A DNA stretch of 64,000 bases from Desulfatiglandales bacterium (GTDB lineage Bacteria; Desulfobacterota; DSM-4660; Desulfatiglandales; Desulfatiglandaceae), in assembly GCA_963662465.1 (NCBI GenBank), contig OY759599.1, positions 4,800,001-4,864,000 of the forward strand. The letters are read 5' to 3'. Positions within the stretch are counted from its first letter, which is position 1; every line of letters begins with the position of its first letter. Under the pieces are notes generated by a model. It saw only the letters and a program-made list of their open reading frames with translations. It did not search any database and was not told the DNA's origin. Position numbers and translations under genes: made by a program. Positions 8,809 through 18,433 of this stretch are shown piece after piece.

Positions 8809-11079
8809 TTATGGCTGGGGGTAAAACTGCTTCATCACGCTCTGCACTTTTTGTTTAAACTCGTTGGTCACCGCTTCCACATCGTCCATGTCGTCCACCA
8901 CCCGGGGCGTAATCAGAACAATCAGTTCAATTTTCTCCGTTTCTTTTCCCCAACTCCCTGTCAAATACCGTATAACGGGGGTATCAATCAAACAGGGAAG
9001 CCCCGTACTCGTCTCCTTTTCCTTGTCCCTGATCAACCCACCGATGGCAATGGTCTGACCGTGCCCCACGGTGAGGGTGGTTTTGACCACCCGCTTAGAA
9101 AAAACGGGGTATTCATTCCCCTCTTTTCCCACAGCCATATTACCGTCGTAATTGCTCACCTCCTCGCTGATATCCATGGTCACCAGTCCCCGCTCGTTGA
9201 TATGGGGCGTAACAGACAGGATCACGCCTGTGTCCCGGTATTCGATGGTGGTTTCACTGAGGGTCGTACCGCTTGAAACGTTTGTTGTACCGCTTGCCAG
9301 GGGAATTTCCCGGGATACATCGATCTTGGCCTCCTGGTTGTCGGAAGCCAGCACATGGGGAGATGAAATGACGTTCAGCTTTCCCTTTGTTGCCAGGGCG
9401 TTCAGTTCCACAAACCATTTGTCGGTGACGCCAATGGAATATTTGAGCCCTCCCGCTCCCACTGTGGCCATAAAACTGGCATTGCTCAAAGCAGCCCCCT
9501 GCCCCAGGGCATATTCCACCCCGAACGAGGTGGAAGAATCCAGGGTAATTTCGGCGATGGTGGCCTCAATCAGCACCTGGCGAGGCATGATATCGATTTG
9601 TTTCAATATCCCGTTAATAATTCTGTAATCCGCCGGGGTTGCCTCGATAATAAGCGCATTTCTGATCTCGTCCGGCGTGATGGTCACATCACCCATCAGG
9701 GTACCGGACCCTTCCCCGGAGGCGCCGGAAGCTTTTTTCCGCTCCGTGGTTTTCCGGGTGGATTCCCCGGCCTTAGCCGCAGCTTTTTCAGCTTTCTTTT
9801 CCGCCATCTTCGCCATTGAAAAGGGATTTCCTTTGACATCGCTTGAGCCGCCGGCTTTCTTTTCCGCTTGTTTCTGGGTTTCCTTGCCGGTCAGCACGTT
9901 GTTTAATAACGTTGCCAGCTCGTTGGCGGAACCGTTTTTGACAAAATAGACAAAAATTCTGGCGGCGACCGTTTCATCCACAATGTCTATTTGACGTACC
10001 AATTCTTCAATTTTATCGAAAACATCGGGTATCGTACTCACCGCCAGGAGTGTATTCAGGCGCTCCAGCGCAATGAATTTAACGATGCCGGTAGAGTCCT
10101 TGGCGTAGGAAGTGGTAAATTCCTTCATGATTTCAGAAACTTCCTTCGCTTCAAGGTACTCCAGGGGGTAAAAACGATAATACACCCGGTCCAGCACATT
10201 GATATCAAAGGTTCCCACCAGCTGCAGGATTTTCAAGATATTGGCGCCTTTATCCACCACCACCAGGGTATTGGTGGACGCACTCACAACGATGGTTCCA
10301 CCGGAAGAGAGAAAGGGGGTTAGCAGTTTTGTCATCTCCTCCACAGACATATATTTGAGGGGGATAATCTGAATAATAACCCTATCCATGGGAGGAACTC
10401 CTTTTTGCCCCAGCGTAAACAGCGCGTCCATCGGCATTCTGGGAGTGTCTTTCATGGGGATGATTTTATAAATCTTCCCCTCCTTCATAACCGCCAAGCC
10501 GTTAAGTTCCAGAATCTGTGAGAAAACCGGAAAAAGGTCGGTTTTCTTCAGTTTACGAGCCGTGTGAATGGTCACTTTTCCTTGAATTCCGGGGTCAACG
10601 ATATAATTGATTTCGAGAAGCTCAGCCATAGTTTTGATGACTTCATAAAGGTCCGCATCGTCAAAGTTGAAAATAATCTGTCCTTCTTCTTCGGGTCCAC
10701 TCCCTGCATTGGAAAGTGAAGCGGCTCTTGATATGTTCCGCTTTGCAGCGGCCTTTTTTCCGAATACTTTGGTGGACCTATATCGGTCCCTGGAAGATTC
10801 CGTCGACGCTCTTCCAGAGACCGGGGAAGGCGCTTTTCCAATCACTGGCGACGCCGTTTTCGTCTGCTCTTCCGAGGGCGTCGCAGATCCTTTTGCACCC
10901 TGATGCGCGTTTTCATAATTTTTTGCGGCATCCTCGATAATATCTGCTTCAAGGGGCGCCTTACCGGATGCCTTCCCCCGGTCGCCCATCGTCTCGCTGC
11001 CCGCACAACCGGCCAAAAAAACTGCCGCCATGATCATGACGATGATAAACAGGTTCGTTTTGATAAAGCATTTTCGCAT
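8809..11079 (-). CDS. gspD: T2SS secretin with lipoprotein signal
   Basis: FNFDDADL N0 start, QVLIEATIAEI, DTGVILSVTP, ELIVLITP; lipobox FLAGC; start moved from 11214 to ATG 11079. Confidence 0.93.
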   Translation of the reverse strand: MRKCFIKTNLFIIVMIMAAVFLAGCAGSETMGDRGKASGKAPLEADIIEDAAKNYENAHQGAKGSATPSEEQTKTASPVIGKAPSPVSGRASTESSRDRYRSTKVFGKKAAAKRNISRAASLSNAGSGPEEEGQIIFNFDDADLYEVIKTMAELLEINYIVDPGIQGKVTIHTARKLKKTDLFPVFSQILELNGLAVMKEGKIYKIIPMKDTPRMPMDALFTLGQKGVPPMDRVIIQIIPLKYMSVEEMTKLLTPFLSSGGTIVVSASTNTLVVVDKGANILKILQLVGTFDINVLDRVYYRFYPLEYLEAKEVSEIMKEFTTSYAKDSTGIVKFIALERLNTLLAVSTIPDVFDKIEELVRQIDIVDETVAARIFVYFVKNGSANELATLLNNVLTGKETQKQAEKKAGGSSDVKGNPFSMAKMAEKKAEKAAAKAGESTRKTTERKKASGASGEGSGTLMGDVTITPDEIRNALIIEATPADYRIINGILKQIDIMPRQVLIEATIAEITLDSSTSFGVEYALGQGAALSNASFMATVGAGGLKYSIGVTDKWFVELNALATKGKLNVISSPHVLASDNQEAKIDVSREIPLASGTTNVSSGTTLSETTIEYRDTGVILSVTPHINERGLVTMDISEEVSNYDGNMAVGKEGNEYPVFSKRVVKTTLTVGHGQTIAIGGLIRDKEKETSTGLPCLIDTPVIRYLTGSWGKETEKIELIVLITPRVVDDMDDVEAVTNEFKQKVQSVMKQFYPQP

Positions 11080-11219
11080 ACGATTACAATACCTTAGCTT
11101 CCTTGGGGCGCATTTGGAAAAAAACGGCCAATTGGATTGCCGGAAGTCTCTATTCCCCAAAAAAAACGCCCTAAATTCAAAAGTCTTTAAGTGTTGAATT
11201 CCCATACCCGTCAAAACCG

Positions 11220-12020
11220 CTACTGAGTCTGAGGAATCCCGAATCCGCCCGTTTGCCGCTTTTTCAGATTCCTTTCAATATTCTCCTGCATCGCCGGAGG
11301 ACGACCACCGCGTGGCGGCGCTGTCGCTTCCGGCGCCTTCTTTGCGGCTGAGGAAGGAACGGTCTTTTTTACGTTGACATTCGCAATCGGTGCGTTAATG
11401 GACGCACCCACCACGGTGGGACCGGGTTTGGGCTTTGCGGCCCCACGGTTTTTTACTTGTTCATTGCCATACAACAGCAGATCATAAGACTGACCGCCGG
11501 CTTCCAGGAGAACCCTGTCGGGTTTGATGGCCACGACCTTAAAATCATCCAGGGCATCGCCGGCTTTAACCCATTTTGTCTGTTTAACGGTTGGGGTCCT
11601 CTTTGGTTTTGTTCCCCGTTTGAAAACAAGCGGAGTCGTCGGGCAGGATACAAGCGCCTCAGCGGAATCATCGGTGATCACCATACCATATAGGGTAAAT
11701 TTGCTGAAATTTTTCTCAATGTTTTTTTGTTCCACAGCGCTCAGTGTTTTTGTTTTTTCATCCGGCGTTGTTTCATCGGGAACTACTTCAGTCCGTTCCG
11801 GTGAAAAAAGGTTCAGGGTCATCAACGCATCATATTCCGATTCAGGGGGAACCTTTCTTTCATGGAACGTTCCCAGGGGTTTTACGACCCGCTGAACCGG
11901 TTTTTCCGCCATCTCAGGGATTCCACTATTTTCCTGGAACCACACCCCGTACGCCTTCAAACCCAAAAAAGCGACCAACAGGGCGAGGATGACGTTAACA
12001 AACCATATCCTTGAAACCAT
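11220..12020 (-). CDS. gspC: T2SS protein C-like
   Basis: N-terminal TM, NLFSPER, GD.LDDFKVVAIKPDRVLL HR-like domain; position before gspD. Confidence 0.65.
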   Translation of the reverse strand: MVSRIWFVNVILALLVAFLGLKAYGVWFQENSGIPEMAEKPVQRVVKPLGTFHERKVPPESEYDALMTLNLFSPERTEVVPDETTPDEKTKTLSAVEQKNIEKNFSKFTLYGMVITDDSAEALVSCPTTPLVFKRGTKPKRTPTVKQTKWVKAGDALDDFKVVAIKPDRVLLEAGGQSYDLLLYGNEQVKNRGAAKPKPGPTVVGASINAPIANVNVKKTVPSSAAKKAPEATAPPRGGRPPAMQENIERNLKKRQTGGFGIPQTQ

Positions 12021-12042
12021 CTAAAAACCCTTCTATTCAGAT

Positions 12043-12624
12043 TTAGTCATCCGACCGCTTTAAAAAACCGTTGATCGTAATATCGGCGTTAACGCTTTCC
12101 GCCGTCTTTGTCGTCCCGCGTCGCAATCGCCTTCGGCTGACAGTAATTCCCAGCTTTTCCACTGTCAAGTATTTTGAAGAGGTCATGATCTGGTACAGAA
12201 ATTCCTTTAGCTGCCGGACGGTGCCGGCGACGGACAATTGAACGGGAATGCTCAGATAGTGGTTTCCGCCCACATCCTCCGGCTTCAGGACCCGGACCGT
12301 TTTGATCCCCATTTGAGATTTATCCGCCATCTCACGCACGACTTTCTGAATATCCGCAGCAGCCAATGCGGGGGTTTTTCCGGTCAAAAGTCCGGACTCC
12401 CCCTGCTTGAGGGTTGCCTTTAAAACTGCAATATCCTTTTCCAGATTGTCGCCGGACTGAAACATCCGACGGTATTTGACAAGCTGTTTTTCCTTAAGTG
12501 CGATATTGCCGTCAGCACCGGAAATATCCTGTATTTGGGGCCATAGCCGGTATACGACCCCTACCATCAGAAGAAAGGCCATCGCTATTAAAAAATATTT
12601 TCTTTTCTTGTCTAGTTTAAACAT
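12043..12624 (-). CDS. gspM: T2SS protein M
   Basis: Single TM, coiled coil, AAADIQ motif, ferredoxin-like C-terminus; gene order. Confidence 0.8.
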   Translation of the reverse strand: MFKLDKKRKYFLIAMAFLLMVGVVYRLWPQIQDISGADGNIALKEKQLVKYRRMFQSGDNLEKDIAVLKATLKQGESGLLTGKTPALAAADIQKVVREMADKSQMGIKTVRVLKPEDVGGNHYLSIPVQLSVAGTVRQLKEFLYQIMTSSKYLTVEKLGITVSRRRLRRGTTKTAESVNADITINGFLKRSDD

Positions 12625-12631
12625 TTTGTCT

Positions 12632-13996
12632 TCATTTAAGGCTCAGACCCACTCGAAACCTTTCCTTGCCGTCGCGGACCCTGGTAATGGCGGAGAGAAA
12701 AGCCACACCGCCAAACATGGGAGACGCTTCCAGAAGCGGAATGAGTTCCGAAGCCGATGTCGCCTCCCCTTGTATCTGAACACCCTTTTCCGAAAAATCG
12801 AACCGATTGACCCAGGCATCCTCGGGGATTCTTTCAGACAATTCTTTCAACACGCTCAGGACGGACGGACTGCCCCGGCGAAGGGTATTCAGATAATTGA
12901 TGCGATCCTCAATTTCCTTTTTTTCTGTTTTGACCCGCTCAATTTTTTTCAGCTGAGACCCCAACCTTTGGATTTCCCCCTCCAGTCGATCCAGTGCCCA
13001 TTGACGTTGGAGAAAGACGCCTCCCCCCCAGGCAAGCCCCCCCAAAAGGATCAGGAACGACAACCCGAAGATGGCATAAAATTTGAATTTACTGGGTTTT
13101 TTCCGCAGCGCAGACGGCAGCAGATTGATATTGATGGAAGTCTTCCGAATCCCTTTCAAGGCAAGGCCGTAGGCTGTCATCACGGTACCGGAAGGAATTT
13201 GCGCCTTGGAGAGATCCGGCAAACGAATATTGATGCCATCTATCCCGGAAAGAGACTCTAGCAAGGGCACATCCGTTTCCATTCCGGAGAATACCGTATC
13301 GATAGGGTCATCGCCCTCTCCAAAGTCTTGGCACATTCTTGAAAGCGCCGCCGGAATGACCGCCGGCAGGTCGTCGTTTCTTGACAAGCGCCTGGAATAC
13401 CGGAGCATGCCGTCTTTGACAAGCCCCAATTCAAGGTCGCCGCGACGCATATGGATAAATGAGATCACATTGCCTTTTTCGCCACGGCGAAAAAAATAGT
13501 TTGCCAGCGCCGTTGAGCTGATCTCAACACCGGAAATGCCGACGTCCAATCGTCTCGCAAGGGCCAGAATGGGCGACAGGGTCTGTTTTTTCACCACCAC
13601 AAGAAGCAATTGCAAGCGTCCGACGGCTTTATCCTCTGAAATAATCTGGAAATCGAAATATACATCCTCCGGGTTGAACGGCACATGCTTTTCCAATTCA
13701 TAGCCCAGACTTTCTCGGAGATTCTCCTTAACGGCAATGGGAAATTCCAGATATCTCAGGATGGCAGTATTGCGCGGGATGCCTAAAAACATAGAGGTGG
13801 GGGAAATCCGGTTCTCCCGTAGAAACCCTTGGATCAATTCAAAAATGCCCTTGGCCTTTTCCTCATCCACGACACCTTCTTCAAGTGGATAAGCTGCATG
13901 CGCCACCAGTTGAACGTCCCTGGATGAGGCCTTCAGGCAGACCAGGCAAAGCGCCCCTTCCTGAATGTCAACGCCGAGGCTTGTTTGAAAAAGCAT
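12632..13996 (-). CDS. gspL: T2SS protein L (PilM/PilN-like)
   Basis: Actin-like N-terminus (LGVDI), INLLP, TM, LSERIPEDAWV PilN-like domain. Confidence 0.82.
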   Translation of the reverse strand: MLFQTSLGVDIQEGALCLVCLKASSRDVQLVAHAAYPLEEGVVDEEKAKGIFELIQGFLRENRISPTSMFLGIPRNTAILRYLEFPIAVKENLRESLGYELEKHVPFNPEDVYFDFQIISEDKAVGRLQLLLVVVKKQTLSPILALARRLDVGISGVEISSTALANYFFRRGEKGNVISFIHMRRGDLELGLVKDGMLRYSRRLSRNDDLPAVIPAALSRMCQDFGEGDDPIDTVFSGMETDVPLLESLSGIDGINIRLPDLSKAQIPSGTVMTAYGLALKGIRKTSININLLPSALRKKPSKFKFYAIFGLSFLILLGGLAWGGGVFLQRQWALDRLEGEIQRLGSQLKKIERVKTEKKEIEDRINYLNTLRRGSPSVLSVLKELSERIPEDAWVNRFDFSEKGVQIQGEATSASELIPLLEASPMFGGVAFLSAITRVRDGKERFRVGLSLK

Positions 13997-14017
13997 GAAT
14001 AGTCCCTCTGAAAAAGG

Positions 14018-15067
14018 TCATTCGTTTGGTTTTGCGGATGGACCTGCCGGCAATGTCGCACGGTCGTTCCACTGAACCACGCGGTAACCCTTTTTGATGG
14101 TGCGATTGATCTCCACCACGGCCTCTACGCCTTGCCGCGTTCTGCTGTCGGCAATCTTTCCCTCGGACACAATCTGATAATAGGCACTGGGGGTCAGGGT
14201 AATATAGCGAGAGATGGCCCCATATACTTCGGCGCCCAGAAGCGTGGCAACTTCTCCCAAAGATTTGAAATCCGCCTCTTTTCTGAAGACCATAATCGAT
14301 TGGGCCAGGTCGCCGGTCATTTGCGGCAAAGAAAGCAACATGGCCCTGGATGCGGCATTAATGCAGATTTTGGACCCGCCAGCCTTGGTGGACCCCCTTC
14401 TGACTTTCCCCCGCCTGGAACCGCTGTCCTGAAATGCCGTCACCATACGGTTGAGGCCGCCATAAAATATTTCCGGTGTGATCCCCCGGACCATGAGCAG
14501 CTCTTCTATGGCGTCAAAATTACCATTTTTGCAGTCATAGGGCTTCGGAAGAGATTGATAATAGTCATTCTCCGCGCCGTTCAACCCATGAAGATCGTTT
14601 TCGTCCCGCCAGTCGATAATGGAATCAACAATAATGCTTTTTTCCTGTTCCTCAAGGTCAAATCCGTTCAACATCATCTTCAAAAGAGATTCATCCGCGT
14701 CGTTAAGATTGATCTTCCCCGCTTCATTTCCGATGCGCACTAAAAACTGCCCCTGTGCAAAAGGAACCGGCGGGATATCGGTATTCATCCGCCAGCGCGG
14801 CGATGTTTCAGCCGCCGCTTCATCGTCATTTCCAAGCAGTTTATTTTTCTTTGGAGAAAATTCATTTCGGATCAATTCGGTTACGGCACGGTTAAAACCC
14901 GCCAGGGCAATGTAATAGGCCTCGGTTTGTTCCTTGAAATTGCGGACCATATTGACCTCAGTCCGCATGGCAAAACAAAATTCCGTTGCAATGGCAGAGA
15001 GGAGGATCAACACCCACAGCACCATAAAAAGCGCCATCCCCTTCTCATGGGTGAACTCTTTTTTCAT
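14018..15067 (-). CDS. gspK: T2SS minor pseudopilin K
   Basis: GMALFMVLW, GKINLN, IIDWRD, EELLMVRGIT, INAAS. Confidence 0.93.
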   Translation of the reverse strand: MKKEFTHEKGMALFMVLWVLILLSAIATEFCFAMRTEVNMVRNFKEQTEAYYIALAGFNRAVTELIRNEFSPKKNKLLGNDDEAAAETSPRWRMNTDIPPVPFAQGQFLVRIGNEAGKINLNDADESLLKMMLNGFDLEEQEKSIIVDSIIDWRDENDLHGLNGAENDYYQSLPKPYDCKNGNFDAIEELLMVRGITPEIFYGGLNRMVTAFQDSGSRRGKVRRGSTKAGGSKICINAASRAMLLSLPQMTGDLAQSIMVFRKEADFKSLGEVATLLGAEVYGAISRYITLTPSAYYQIVSEGKIADSRTRQGVEAVVEINRTIKKGYRVVQWNDRATLPAGPSAKPNE

Positions 15068-15077
15068 GATACGTCGG

Positions 15078-15743
15078 TTACTCTTTCCGGCACCGAATCG
15101 GCACGATCACGTCAATGGGCGCCGCGTCTTTACTTTGCTGGAGAACAATTTTCACCGCAAGCGGCATCCCTTCATCTTCAGGAGAATGCCAAGCGGTTTG
15201 CCAGTTCGTTTTGCTTTCCTCTTGCGTCTCTTTCAGAAATTCAAACTGAAAATCTTGAATGCCTGAAATCAAGGTAACGAAATCTTCGTCTTTCCAACCC
15301 TCAAGGTCTTCCTCTTTCAGGAAACCCGCATCTTTCTCGTAGAGCATGAGCCGCATTTTCCCTTTCCCGCCGGTCTCCTGAACCATGTATTTCACGAAAA
15401 CCACGCCGGTAAGCGCTCCCGGCACAATGGGGTTGCGGGAAACAAATGCCATGGTCTTTTCGGAACCGCTAAAAACCAGGGGTTCATCGCCCACTTTTAT
15501 CTCATGGATGAAGGCGCTTGCAATCTGTTGCGCCATGAGCCCTAAAACGGCCCGCTGCCGCTGCTCGATGTCCGTATCTTTTTCGCCCTTTTCCCACGCC
15601 CGCGTGCCAATCCTGAGAGCGCCGAAAATAATCAGCAGAATGACCCCCAAAATGGTTAGCGACAGCATGAGTTCCAAAAGCGTAAAGCCTGAAGAACCGG
15701 AAGTTAAATATGGGATACGGGATATGAAACGTTGCCGGGCCAT
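15078..15743 (-). CDS. gspJ: T2SS minor pseudopilin J
   Basis: GFTLLE prepilin site, C-terminal PLAV; gene order. Confidence 0.8.
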   Translation of the reverse strand: MARQRFISRIPYLTSGSSGFTLLELMLSLTILGVILLIIFGALRIGTRAWEKGEKDTDIEQRQRAVLGLMAQQIASAFIHEIKVGDEPLVFSGSEKTMAFVSRNPIVPGALTGVVFVKYMVQETGGKGKMRLMLYEKDAGFLKEEDLEGWKDEDFVTLISGIQDFQFEFLKETQEESKTNWQTAWHSPEDEGMPLAVKIVLQQSKDAAPIDVIVPIRCRKE

Positions 15744-15761
15744 TGTTTAAAAAAAACCGTT

Positions 15762-16187
15762 CTACCCCTCCTTTTTCTTTTCAACCGCTTTCAGGGTGTT
15801 AATGGTAAAGTTTTTTTCCTTTTCGCCTTCACGCCAGGCAATGTTAACCTTGATGTTCAGCAAATCAAAGGGTAGGTTTTCTTCCGCCTCTTCAGGGACG
15901 ATTCGGGTGATAACGGTTCGCCACTGATAAGCATCCTCAAATTCCCCTTGGGTTTCTCCTTCCAAGTAATCCGGGGAAAGCTGCATTTCCGCCATTTTTT
16001 CCCTGGCATGAAATATGCCCCGCGTGTATTGTTCCGACAATTTGCGTGATTTAAGGCCGCCTGAAAAAAGCTGTAGAATGACGACCAGAGAAATGGCCAG
16101 GACGGAAGTGGCCACAAGAATTTCAATGAGTGCAAACCCTCCGGTTATCCCGGGCGACCTTGTCCCCGCCATCTGATCCGGCTTCAT
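15762..16187 (-). CDS. gspI: T2SS minor pseudopilin I
   Basis: GFALIE prepilin site; size and order. Confidence 0.8.
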   Translation of the reverse strand: MKPDQMAGTRSPGITGGFALIEILVATSVLAISLVVILQLFSGGLKSRKLSEQYTRGIFHAREKMAEMQLSPDYLEGETQGEFEDAYQWRTVITRIVPEEAEENLPFDLLNIKVNIAWREGEKEKNFTINTLKAVEKKKEG

Positions 16188-16684
16188 GAGGCCTCCACAC
16201 GCACCGTGCCGGTAATAAAGTCGATTTTGATAGCGAATTCATGCTTGCGATTATTTTCTAAAAGGACGGTTCCCCCGCTGCTGCAGCCGCTGGGCATAAA
16301 GACAACGGCAAAAAAACGAGAATCGCTTTCACTGCCGTCAAAGGCCCGTGCGTCCTTAAATTTCACATCCCCCGGCAAGGTATAGCGCTTTATCCGATTT
16401 TCGCCCGGTTTCAAAGGGGCGGTTTCATCTTCCTTGTCCGTGGAATTTATATCGGACTTGATGGTCATCCGATTTTGATTGAGATCCAAAAGGGCAACGT
16501 AGGGCACACTTTCCGTTATGGCCCGACTCCTGGCGTATCTCAGGGAGGCCGCCACTCTTTTTGAAGCGGTTTTTAATGCCACATTGCTGAGGGTGCCGGC
16601 CACCTTCGGAACCACAAATGCCGAAAAGACACTGATGATCACCAGCACCACCAACAACTCAATCAGTGAAAATCCCTTTTTCAT
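16184..16684 (-). CDS. gspH: T2SS minor pseudopilin H
   Basis: GFSLIE, LRYARSRA, F.PSG.SSGG, ITG.V. Confidence 0.85.
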   Translation of the reverse strand: MKKGFSLIELLVVLVIISVFSAFVVPKVAGTLSNVALKTASKRVAASLRYARSRAITESVPYVALLDLNQNRMTIKSDINSTDKEDETAPLKPGENRIKRYTLPGDVKFKDARAFDGSESDSRFFAVVFMPSGCSSGGTVLLENNRKHEFAIKIDFITGTVRVEAS

Positions 16685-16735
16685 CCCAAAGCGGGCGATG
16701 CCCGCAACCCCAAGGTATTTAAAACCCGCAATTCT

Positions 16736-17179
16736 CTAAGAACCGGCGTCTTCCGCATCCCCGTCCCGATTGGAAATATCCTTATCTTCGCCCTCTCCGC
16801 CTTCGGTTCCGTTAGCCCCCAGAGAAATCATCTCAACTTCGCCGTTGTCGGCTCGCCTGTACATATAAGGATGACCCCATGGATCCTTGGGCAATGCCTT
16901 TGACAGATAGGGCCCGTCCCATTTTTCTTCATCGCCGGGGTTGGTTCTGAGGGCCTGAAGACCCTGCTCCGTTGTGGGATATTTGCCCACATCCAGCCGG
17001 TAGGTATCCAGCGCGGTTTCAAAGAGGGCCATCTGCGATCGGGCCGCGTTCTGCTTTGACTTGCCCACCTTTCCAAACATGCGGGGTCCCACCAAGGCCG
17101 CCAGAAGCCCCATAATAACCATGACAATCAATAATTCAATCAGACTGAACCCCATTTCATTTTTTTTTCGCTTCTTCAT
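16736..17179 (-). CDS. gspG: T2SS major pseudopilin
   Basis: GFSLIELL, ALDTYRLDVGKYPTTEQGL, WDGPYL, DPWG; RBS AAGGAG supports a start at 17179/17182. Confidence 0.96.
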   Translation of the reverse strand: MKKRKKNEMGFSLIELLIVMVIMGLLAALVGPRMFGKVGKSKQNAARSQMALFETALDTYRLDVGKYPTTEQGLQALRTNPGDEEKWDGPYLSKALPKDPWGHPYMYRRADNGEVEMISLGANGTEGGEGEDKDISNRDGDAEDAGS

Positions 17180-17201
17180 CATAACTCCTTTCGCGTTCCC
17201 G

Positions 17202-18431
17202 TCAAAAAGGCATTTCATTCATACTGAATACGGCCATGAGCATGGAAACCACCACAAACCCCACGACGAGTCCCATGAGCAGGATCATGGTCGGTTCCAA
17301 CAGGCTGATGAGCCGTTTGACCATATTCCGAACCATTTTTTCGTAACTTTCCGCCACTCGCAAAAGCATGCGGTCCAGTTTTCCCGTCTCTTCTCCCACA
17401 GTGATCATCTGAATGGCAAGGGGCGGAAAAATCCCCGTATCCCGCAACGGTTTTGACAAGCGGTCCCCTTCCTTCACCCGGGCATAGACGTTTTCCATTG
17501 CCTCTGAAATGACCCTGTTCCCCACAATGTCTTTGACCAGCATAAGGGCCTGCAAAATAGGAACGCCGCTTTTTGTCAATGTTCCGAGGGTTCTGGCAAA
17601 CCGGGCCACCTCAATTTTCTTGACGAGATCCCCCACCACGGGAAATTTCATTTTTTTGCGGTCGAATTTCAAACGTCCCGCAGGCGTTTTCAGATACTTT
17701 CTCAAGAAAAAATAGGCCGCTCCCAATACGGCCAGAATGGCCCACCAGTAGGATTGCAGCAGCTCGCTAATCCCCAGCAAAAGCTGGGTGCTGAGGGGAA
17801 TGGCTTGGCCCATGTCCGAGAAAATAATCGAGAATTTGGGAATAACAAAGGTCAGGAGTATAATAATGGACAACCCTCCCACGCCCACCAGAAAAATAGG
17901 GTACACCATGGCTGATTTGATATAATCTTTAAGTTCCTGGGAGCTTTCCATGAACTCCCCCAACCGGCTCAGAACCGCCTCCAAAACGCCTCCGGCCTCT
18001 CCGGCCCGCACCATGCTGACGTAAAATGAGGTGAAAGCCTTTGGGTGCTTTGCCAGGGCATCCGATAGATATCCGCCGCCCTGAACAGTTTTAAGGATAT
18101 CGCCCACCACCATTTCGAATGGTTTTTTTTCAGCGGATTCAATCAACAGGGAAAGCGCCCGATCAACCGGCAGGCCGGCTTCCAGCAAGGTGGCAAGATC
18201 CTGGGTGAAAACCATAACGTCTTTGGAAGAGACGCCATTCAGGAGACCGAGAAACTGCTCGCCAAGATTCGATGCCAACCCCTTGCCGTTCCCTTTGGCC
18301 TGAATGATCCGCATGGGAATCAGACCAAGGGCCTGCAGTTGGGCAACCGCCTTCTTTTCTTCATCCGCTTCAAGGGTTCCGGTAACAATTTTGCCGGCGC
18401 TGTCAGCGGCTTTGTATGAGTATGTGGTCAT
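17202..18431 (-). CDS. gspF: T2SS inner membrane platform protein
   Basis: AGEAGGVL, AMVYP, GEETGKL, LLEP. Confidence 0.95.
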   Translation of the reverse strand: MTTYSYKAADSAGKIVTGTLEADEEKKAVAQLQALGLIPMRIIQAKGNGKGLASNLGEQFLGLLNGVSSKDVMVFTQDLATLLEAGLPVDRALSLLIESAEKKPFEMVVGDILKTVQGGGYLSDALAKHPKAFTSFYVSMVRAGEAGGVLEAVLSRLGEFMESSQELKDYIKSAMVYPIFLVGVGGLSIIILLTFVIPKFSIIFSDMGQAIPLSTQLLLGISELLQSYWWAILAVLGAAYFFLRKYLKTPAGRLKFDRKKMKFPVVGDLVKKIEVARFARTLGTLTKSGVPILQALMLVKDIVGNRVISEAMENVYARVKEGDRLSKPLRDTGIFPPLAIQMITVGEETGKLDRMLLRVAESYEKMVRNMVKRLISLLEPTMILLMGLVVGFVVVSMLMAVFSMNEMPF

Positions 18432-18433
18432 GC

